Under the pieces are notes generated by a model. It saw only the letters and a list, made by a program, of their open reading frames with translations, did no database searches and had not been told where the DNA came from. From Massilia sp. (GTDB lineage: Bacteria > Pseudomonadota > Gammaproteobacteria > Burkholderiales > Burkholderiaceae_D): 16,616 nt of DNA. A program made the position numbers and the translations under genes. This document shows, piece after piece, positions 8,094-14,266 of the stretch (within the stretch, counting starts at the first letter, position 1; each line of letters opens with the position of its first letter). The DNA lies in assembly GCA_039927975.1 (NCBI GenBank), contig JBDSTZ010000252.1, positions 1-16,616 on the forward strand, read 5' to 3'.

Positions 8094-11000
8094 TTAATAT
8101 TTAACGCTGATGAATTTCGACGTGTACCCAATGGCCGCCTTGTTCGGATTCGAGAAGGTGGTCGTCAAGGTCACGGTCTGTCCAGGCGCCAGATCGGCCG
8201 CCGGCAGCGTGATGTACGGCGCGCCGTCATGCGTGCCGGTGGCGTTGTCGAGCGTGACGCCGGCGGTAAGGCCGTCGAGCCGGAATTGCAGCGGGCCGTA
8301 CAGCGTGGCGTCGCTGGTGTTGGTGATGCTGACGGTGCCGGTGTACTTGAGCGTGAAGCGGTTCATCGTCAGGCCCGAGCGCATGATCTTCGCGCTGGCG
8401 CCCAGGTCGACCGGGGTCAGCAAGTCGTAGCGGGTGCCGAAGAAGCGCAGTTCGCCGTACGACGAAATGCCGGGGAAGGCGGGATCGGTCGGCACGCCCG
8501 GATGGTCGACGCGCATCATGAAGTAGCGGTAGCGCTGCTTCTCCAGGCCTGGCACCACGGGGATGACTTCCATCTCGAAATTGCGCTCGGTGGTGTCGCT
8601 CGTTTCACGGCTCGACAGCAAGGTCCAGCTGGCGTTGTCGTTCGAGCCGTAGATGTTCAAGCCCTGCGAGCGGTTGGCGAACATGAAGCGCGCCTGCACG
8701 CCGATGGCGCCGAGCGACATCCGGTAGTCGGCGCCGAGATCGAGGTAGGCCGGCGCGCGCAGGTCGCCCGAGTAGCTGTTGTAGTCGCCGTCGACCAGCA
8801 GCGCGGCGCGGTTGCGGTCGAAATTGGTGGTGCCGGCGATGAAGTTCTTGCTCCAGTCCAGGCTGCCGTCGGCGACCACGAGCGGATTGAGCAGTTCCAG
8901 TTTGGCGGTCACGCCCTGCACTTGCTTGAGCAGGGCCGGGAAGTCGGCGTCGCTGGTGCTGTCGATGGCCGCCTGCAGCGGCGCCATGCTGGACTTGAAG
9001 GCGGCCAGCGACGGCGTGGTGTACACCTTCTCGGCGCTGTAGCCGTCCTGGGCGACCTGGAAGGCGGTGGCGCGGTCCGGTTGCACACTCAGGCGCGCCG
9101 TCATGGTGTTGATCGAGACGCCATCGGTGACGCTGATGACGATATTGTGCACGCCGACCTGGTCGGCGCCGGGGGTCCAGTTGAACTGGCCGCTGGCGCT
9201 GTCGAGGCTGGCGCCGGCCGGCAGGCTGATGCCCTCGTAGACCGGGGTGTCGGCGGCATTCGCGTCGGTCGCCTTGTAGTTGCCCGTGTACGGCACGCCC
9301 TGCACCACCAGCTCGGTGACGGGGAACGCCGGCGAGGCGAAGAACGGCACCGTCAGCTGGGTCGGCGCGGCCATGTTGACGAAGTCGACGTCCACCGTGC
9401 TGCCTTCGGCGCCGCTGAACTTGAAGACGATCAGGTTGGCGCCGAGCCACTTGCCGGCGGTCGCCGCGTTCGACGAGTCGGGCACGATGTAGCGCCACTG
9501 GCCGTGCGTGTTGGGCACCGTGATGTCGGCCCACGGACTGGCGTTCTGCTCGGCGCTGGCGCTCATTTTCATGACCGCGTTGGTGCGCACCATCATGCCC
9601 ACCGGGGCGAACTTGGCGCGGTCCGCATAGCCGACGTCGTGGAAGGCGATGGTGGCGCCGGCCGGCTTGACGTCGGCGTGGCCATAGGTGCGTCCCGCTT
9701 CGGTCTGGGTGGTCCAGGCGCCCGCGATGAAACTGCTCTTGCGTTCGGTCTGCAGCAAGCCCTGGTCGTTCGGCAGCGCCACGCCGGTCAGCGCGGTCGG
9801 GATGGTCAGGAAGGCTTGCGAGCCCATGTCCTTGTTGTTCGGCGTGGCGTTGCCCCAGAAAATGGCCGGGCCGTTCGAGTGGGCCGCCGCCGCCGCGAGG
9901 TAGGGCGCGGTCGCTTCGACGTCGACGCCTTCCTGGTACTTGTACATATTGTAGATTTCGGCGATCGCGTCGACTTCGTAGAGCCGGCCGCGGTACGCGC
10001 TCGACGGATAGGAGGTGCCGCCATTGGTGTCGGCCCACGGGATCTCGTAGCCGAGCATGTACTGGGCGTAGGCGTTGGCACCCTTTAGCAGGCGGTTGCC
10101 GCCGAACTGATAGACGCTGACCGCGTCGCCCAGGGTCGAGGGCTTGCCGCTGAAGGGATCGACCTTGGTGCCTTGCGCGTTGACCAGGCGGAACAGGCCG
10201 GACAGGATGTCGACGTTGTCGCCGCCGTGGGCTTGGTCGCGGGCCATTTCCTGGATCTGGTAGAACGGCACGCCGAACTTGTTGTACGGGTTGTTCACGT
10301 CGATGAAGGGAATCAGCGGCAGCACGGCGCCGTTGATGTTCTGGCGGGTCGAGGTGGCGTTGACCGTCATCCATTCGACGGTTTCATCGTAGCGCGCGCG
10401 GTTGTCGGTGAAGATCGCGCCCGCCATGCGTCCGACCAGCGAGTAATTGTGCTGGTTCATGAAGCGCTCGTTGCTCGAAAACAGCACGCGCTCGAGCGGG
10501 TCGATCAGGTTGTCCTTGAGCTTCTGGGTGTCGGTATCGGTCCAGGCGAGCGGATAGGAGGTGTAGCTCGGATCGGCGTAGGAGTAGCGCATGATCTCGG
10601 CCGCCTGCAGCATGCGCGAGAGCGGCACGCCGTTGTGGATGTGGGCGTCGGGGAAATACGCTGCGCCGGCCGGATTCATATTGCTCCAGGTGCGCAGGAT
10701 GCGCATGGCGTTGCGGCGATAGTCGTTATTGCCCGTCACGTAGTACAGGATGGCCTGGGTCAGCGCGCCTTGCGAATCGTTGATCAGGCGGGTCTGGGCC
10801 GTATTGTTGTTGAAGTTAGGGGTGTTCGGGGTGTCGACCTTGGTCGAGTCGCGGTTGGTCGGCTGCAGGTTGATGTTGGCGTAGTTGCAGCAGGCGGTGG
10901 CCAGCGCGTCGTAGTAACTCTTGTACGGCTCGACGTCGGCGCGCACCTGCTGACGCATGTAGTCGAGCTGCTCCATCGTGAAGCCGAGCGCCGGATGCTT

Positions 11001-11177
11001 GAAGCCGTTCGGGCTGACGACCGGCTGCGAGGCCGGGGTGGAGATGAAACCGAGCGCTTGAGCGGGCGCCGTTGCCAGCGCCCACAGGGCCGCGGCGACC
11101 GACACTGCCGTGACGCAGGCCTTGAGCGTGCCGCGTGCGGGACGCGCGATGCTGCCATTTTCATAACGATTGTGCAT
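8094..11177 (-). CDS. Secreted multidomain polysaccharide-lyase-like protein (about 1027 aa). Domains are an alginate-lyase/heparinase-type (alpha/alpha)-toroid with a beta-sandwich, a He_PIG-type Ig-like domain, an F5/8 type C (discoidin, CBM32-like) domain and a C-terminal beta-domain.
   Basis: The signal peptide is MHNRYENGSIARPARGTLKACVTAVSVAAALWALATAPAQA-LG. The ATG at 11177 with AAGGA 5 nt upstream is preferred over 11192, which has no RBS. The toroid region is paralogous to the next gene, sharing HP(A/G)L..T...(D)(F/Y)MR..V, AAEIMRY, a Q-HN motif and a RDQ(A/G)H motif. LPAGASLDSASGQFNWTPGADQVGVHNIVISVTDG matches the putative-Ig (He_PIG) pattern. ALLVDGDYNSYSGDLRAPAYLDLGADYRMSLGAIGV..IYGSNDNASWTLL matches F5/8 type C. 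The exact lyase family is unresolved. Confidence 0.75.
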   Translation of the reverse strand: MHNRYENGSIARPARGTLKACVTAVSVAAALWALATAPAQALGFISTPASQPVVSPNGFKHPALGFTMEQLDYMRQQVRADVEPYKSYYDALATACCNYANINLQPTNRDSTKVDTPNTPNFNNNTAQTRLINDSQGALTQAILYYVTGNNDYRRNAMRILRTWSNMNPAGAAYFPDAHIHNGVPLSRMLQAAEIMRYSYADPSYTSYPLAWTDTDTQKLKDNLIDPLERVLFSSNERFMNQHNYSLVGRMAGAIFTDNRARYDETVEWMTVNATSTRQNINGAVLPLIPFIDVNNPYNKFGVPFYQIQEMARDQAHGGDNVDILSGLFRLVNAQGTKVDPFSGKPSTLGDAVSVYQFGGNRLLKGANAYAQYMLGYEIPWADTNGGTSYPSSAYRGRLYEVDAIAEIYNMYKYQEGVDVEATAPYLAAAAAHSNGPAIFWGNATPNNKDMGSQAFLTIPTALTGVALPNDQGLLQTERKSSFIAGAWTTQTEAGRTYGHADVKPAGATIAFHDVGYADRAKFAPVGMMVRTNAVMKMSASAEQNASPWADITVPNTHGQWRYIVPDSSNAATAGKWLGANLIVFKFSGAEGSTVDVDFVNMAAPTQLTVPFFASPAFPVTELVVQGVPYTGNYKATDANAADTPVYEGISLPAGASLDSASGQFNWTPGADQVGVHNIVISVTDGVSINTMTARLSVQPDRATAFQVAQDGYSAEKVYTTPSLAAFKSSMAPLQAAIDSTSDADFPALLKQVQGVTAKLELLNPLVVADGSLDWSKNFIAGTTNFDRNRAALLVDGDYNSYSGDLRAPAYLDLGADYRMSLGAIGVQARFMFANRSQGLNIYGSNDNASWTLLSSRETSDTTERNFEMEVIPVVPGLEKQRYRYFMMRVDHPGVPTDPAFPGISSYGELRFFGTRYDLLTPVDLGASAKIMRSGLTMNRFTLKYTGTVSITNTSDATLYGPLQFRLDGLTAGVTLDNATGTHDGAPYITLPAADLAPGQTVTLTTTFSNPNKAAIGYTSKFISVKY

Positions 11178-11297
11178 GATTGTCCTTATCATTTTTTAAA
11201 TGACCAGGCGATCCAGGGGTCGCGTAGTTCTCCTCCAATGGTATGTTTTCGATACCACAAACGATGCTAGCATGATTTATTGTTATTTCAGTTAAGC

Positions 11298-11344
11298 TTT
11301 TTGTTATCGATATCCTCATTTTTGTTATCGATATCCAATGTCAA
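11298..11344 (-). promoter_or_regulatory. Promoter/operator region of lyase A. Two perfect 18-nt direct repeats tttttgttatcgatatcc at 21-bp spacing lie downstream of a consensus -35 TTGACA.
   Basis: Copies are at 11298-11315 and 11319-11336, separated by tca. Each contains the palindrome TATCGATA. On the minus strand the perfect TTGACA (rc of 11339-11344) is followed by operator 1 and then operator 2, placing the operators over the spacer/-10/+1 region. This is an AT-rich island in GC-rich DNA, 121-159 nt upstream of the ATG. Confidence 0.5.
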
Positions 11345-11468
11345 TACGCGACTCCCTATGATCACCTCGGCAAGTAGGGGGAAAGTGCCACTGCGCGGCG
11401 CGGACGCGGCTGTGCTCTCAAGTGCAACATTAGGCGAAAAAGCAACAGAATCCGGCGCACGGGCACGC

Positions 11469-11491
11469 AAAAAGGGGCGCCGAAGCGCCCC
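11469..11491 (-). terminator. Rho-independent terminator of lyase B
   Basis: The stem ggggcgc pairs with gcgcccc around a cgaa loop (11474-11491). It is preceded on the + strand by AAAAA (11469-11473), which gives a U-tract on the minus strand, and lies 44 nt downstream of the TAA stop at 11535-11537. Confidence 0.6.
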
Positions 11492-11534
11492 ACCCTTGCA
11501 GCAAAAACCGAATGGCACCCGGGGCGCCGCCCGC

Positions 11535-13703
11535 TTAACTTTGCATCAGCGTGACAATCTCGCTGGCGCTGAGCGCGCCGCTGTAGATGCGGAAGTCGTC
11601 GATTTTGCCGTTGAAGTAAGGGTCGCTGGCGTATTGCGAGCGGCCGATCCAGTTCTGGTTGGTCGAGCCGAGCCGGAACGGCGCGTGCTTGATGTCGGGG
11701 CTCGATCCAACCAGTGCGCCGTTGACGTAGAGCGAGCCGTTGCTGCCTGCCAGGGTCACGGCCACGTGCACCCACTGCCCGGTCGGCAGCGCGGCGGTGC
11801 CGACGATGCCCTGTTCGCCGACGCCGTAATCGGTCGTGATGCCAAAGCGCAGCAGGCCGTTGTTGGTGCTCGGGGTCAGCATCATGTAGTGCTCGGTGCC
11901 GTTACCGAAATCGAAGATGCGCGTCCAGTTGCGCGCGGCGTCCCAGTACACCCAGGCGGCGATGGTGAAGTCGGCCAGCGTGCGCACCACGTCAGTCGGC
12001 AGGCTGACGTAATCGTTGCTGCCGTCGAAGGCCAGCGCGTTGCCGCTGCGCCCGGCCACCCACAACGGACCGTTGACCAGGGTGCCGGACTGGCCGCGCC
12101 CGGTGGCGTCGGCCGCCACCGTGCCGCTGGTTTCGTCGAACTTGAGCCAGACGTGCGGACGCTTGCCCGCGCCGACCTTCACCTCGGCCGAGGGCGCGCT
12201 TTCGCCGGCCGGGCCGACCGCCGTCACCACGTAATAATAGAGGCCGCTGCTCACGCCAGTGTCGGTCCAGGTGAGCAAGTCGCTGATGCCGCTGGCGACG
12301 GTGGTGTACGGCCCGCCCGAGATGGTGGCGCGCTTGACCTTGTAGCTGGTGGCCTGGGCACTGCCCCACCACGACAGCAGCACCGCGCCGCCGCTCCAGT
12401 TTCCGGTCAGCCCGCTTGGCGCTGCACCGGCGGCGTATGGATCGCGCGTGAAGGTGAGCGTGCCAAAGCCAAGCTGGTCACCGTTGCCGCCGTTGTTTTC
12501 CGGACGCATCTGCGCGGCCTGCAGCGCGGTGTACGGCGCGGCCAGGCCCTTGCGGTTGACGTAGTGGTTCAGCACCAGTTCCCACACCGGACGCAGGCTG
12601 CCCTGCGAGGCCGGCGACAGCCCCGGCTGGGTGTTGTTGATGTTCTTGTAGAGCGTGAACGGCACACTGTAGTGGGCGCCGCTGGCGTCGGTCAGATTCG
12701 ATTTCGCCACATACTCCGAGCCGGCCAGGAAGCGGTTGTTATCGTAGCCGAACATGTCGTCGCCCTGGTTCCAGGCCATTTCGCAAAACACACTGGCGAG
12801 GCCGATCCCCAGCGTGCAGTGGCCCTGATCGCGGCCGCTTTCCTGCCACTGTCCCAGATGACCCGGATGCACGTAGTACACGGCCTGGCTGCTGCTGCCG
12901 TTGCCCGCTCCGGTCTTGAAGTAATTGATCGCCTCGTCGTACAGGTCGGCGCGGTCGCAAAAGACGCCGATCGCGATGATCGCGGCGATCGTGCACTGGT
13001 CCCAGTTGGCCCAGTAATTGGTGATGTCGGCGCCGTTGTGCTGGACCAGGAACTGGTGGTTCAGCGGATAGAAGACATTGAGCAGCAAGTTCTGGAACTT
13101 GGTCTGGTCGGCCGCCGCCCAGCCGGGATAGGTGCGCATGATTTCGGCGGCGTTGGCCCATTCGTAGCCTTGGATGCCGGCAGCGAGGAAGCGGTCGGCG
13201 TTGCCGGTCAGGGTCGTCATGGTCGACGACCAGGCGTTCAGGAAGACCACCGCCTGGTCGGCGTAGGCGGTGTCGCCGGAAACCTTCCAGCGCAGCGCCA
13301 TCTGGTAGGTGCGATGGATATCGATAACCATTTGGTTCACGTTGTCGCCGGTGCCGCCGCGGATCACCGTCTGCAGCGCGCGCGGCGCGGTGCCGAGCTG
13401 GGAGTAGCCGTTGGCCAGCAGAGCGTTCCAGCCGTCCAGCCAGGGCTGGGCGCCGGCCGTCACCTTGGCGCGCATGCGGGTGAAGTCCGCTTCGGTGTGC
13501 AGCAGGCCCGGGTGGATGAAGGTGCGCGCGACCAGGGCGTCGGCGAGCAGGGTCGGCGCCGCCGCGCCGGGGGCCGCCGTGGAGGTCTCGGCCGCGCCGC
13601 CGCAACCGGACAGGCTGAGCGGGCCGAGCGTGGCCAGCCCGAGTCCGCCCGCGCACAGCGAACGGCGTTTCATGGAAAATTTTTGATCGTTGTTATTTGA
13701 CAT
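11535..13703 (-). CDS. Lipoprotein alginate-lyase-family-like (alpha/alpha-toroid) polysaccharide lyase with a C-terminal fibronectin type III domain and a LamG_3 (concanavalin A-like lectin) domain, 722 aa
   Basis: The ATG at 13703 has GAGGAG 5 nt upstream. The N-terminus MSNNNDQKFSMKRRSLCAGGLGLATLGPLSLSGC has a lipobox LSGC, and the RRSL may indicate Tat export. The catalytic toroid is paralogous to lyase A (FIHPGLLHTEADFTRMRAKV, AAEIMRTY, VQHN, RDQGHCTLG). An FN3-like segment follows (SWWGSAQATSYKVKRATISGGPYTTVASG...YYYVVTAV). LamG_3 motifs are also present (WVYWDAARNWTRIFDFGNG....GKIDDFRIYSGALSASEI). Confidence 0.8.
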   Translation of the reverse strand: MSNNNDQKFSMKRRSLCAGGLGLATLGPLSLSGCGGAAETSTAAPGAAAPTLLADALVARTFIHPGLLHTEADFTRMRAKVTAGAQPWLDGWNALLANGYSQLGTAPRALQTVIRGGTGDNVNQMVIDIHRTYQMALRWKVSGDTAYADQAVVFLNAWSSTMTTLTGNADRFLAAGIQGYEWANAAEIMRTYPGWAAADQTKFQNLLLNVFYPLNHQFLVQHNGADITNYWANWDQCTIAAIIAIGVFCDRADLYDEAINYFKTGAGNGSSSQAVYYVHPGHLGQWQESGRDQGHCTLGIGLASVFCEMAWNQGDDMFGYDNNRFLAGSEYVAKSNLTDASGAHYSVPFTLYKNINNTQPGLSPASQGSLRPVWELVLNHYVNRKGLAAPYTALQAAQMRPENNGGNGDQLGFGTLTFTRDPYAAGAAPSGLTGNWSGGAVLLSWWGSAQATSYKVKRATISGGPYTTVASGISDLLTWTDTGVSSGLYYYVVTAVGPAGESAPSAEVKVGAGKRPHVWLKFDETSGTVAADATGRGQSGTLVNGPLWVAGRSGNALAFDGSNDYVSLPTDVVRTLADFTIAAWVYWDAARNWTRIFDFGNGTEHYMMLTPSTNNGLLRFGITTDYGVGEQGIVGTAALPTGQWVHVAVTLAGSNGSLYVNGALVGSSPDIKHAPFRLGSTNQNWIGRSQYASDPYFNGKIDDFRIYSGALSASEIVTLMQS

Positions 13704-13793
13704 TCGGTCTCCTCTTCAGTTGAAAGCCCGCGTGCCCGGCGAGATTGTCGAGCATGAACGGGGGTGCTTGAAGCAGGCAGATTATGCGCGGTA

Positions 13794-13809
13794 TTTTATC
13801 GATAACACG
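13794..13809. promoter_or_regulatory. Candidate operator ttTTATCGATAACAcg (perfect 10-bp palindrome TTATCGATAA) upstream of lyase B, adjacent to a CATAAT -10-like hexamer
   Basis: The site lies 91-106 nt upstream of the lyase B ATG on the minus strand. On the minus strand the order is TGTTATCGATAAAA, then taccgcg, then CATAAT. It is the same motif as at 7154-7169 and 11298-11336. Confidence 0.45.
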
Positions 13810-13901
13810 ATTGCTCACCTATGGTTTTTTTCACGGGAAGTCGGGCTGTGTTTACGTGTTTTGGTATGCCTTCAGCGTGTTTGGACGGAAGTTCACGCAG
13901 G

Positions 13902-13977
13902 ATGCATTTGAGATGCATTCGGCATGCAATCACTATGCAATCAGCATGCAATCAGCGTTCAATCAGCGGGTAATCGT
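13902..13977. repeat. Array of 7 heptads ATGCA(A/T)T (decaying to gttcaat and gggtaat) at exact 11-bp spacing, with a core unit ATGCAATCAGC
   Basis: Heptad starts are at 13902, 13913, 13924, 13935, 13946, 13957 and 13968. The array lies in the divergent intergenic region between lyase B (-) and the flotillin-like gene (+). It creates a spurious N-terminal extension of track ORF 13784..16222. Confidence 0.8.
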
Positions 13978-14266
13978 GATGCGGTGGATATGTACTCGGT
14001 CGGCGAACCGCAACGTGCGCAATGGCCCGGACCGGTCCGGCGCTGCGCAGGGAGCACAGGATGCGGCATCAGGACGCCCGACGTTTACGGATTGTTTACG
14101 CCATCCGGCAATGTCTTTACGACATTTTTATCGCCGGGCCGATACGCTGATTGCATGGCCGAACCCTCTGTTGTCCCGCCGCCCGCGCAGCGCGCCGGCC
14201 GACACCGAGGCGCCCACTTTGTCGACCGCCGTGTTCGCCGCGCGTCGACTGTATCGAAGGAACGCT

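Noticed and set aside
7493-8131. Longer 212-aa version of the PEP-CTERM ORF starting at 8131
   Set aside because: It would overlap the 3' end of lyase A and has no RBS. The ATG at 8083 has a strong AAGGAGA and starts directly with a signal peptide.
8082-10088. 668-aa plus-strand ORF and the 589-aa minus-strand alternative-frame ORF (8605..10374) inside lyase A
   Set aside because: Both are overlapping-frame artefacts in GC-rich DNA. Only the 8094..11177 minus-strand frame shows domain motifs (Ig-like, discoidin) and a signal peptide.
11506-11525. Sigma54-like TGGCAC element (aatggcacccggggcgcc)
   Set aside because: The GC-element spacing and the TTGC part do not fit the TGGCAC-N5-TTGC consensus, and it lies downstream of the lyase B stop codon with no gene to drive.
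11280-13700. 806-aa plus-strand ORF antisense to lyase B, and the 305-aa off-frame minus-strand ORF 12739..13656
   Set aside because: These are antisense or off-frame artefacts. The true frame carries the lipobox, FN3 and LamG_3 motifs.
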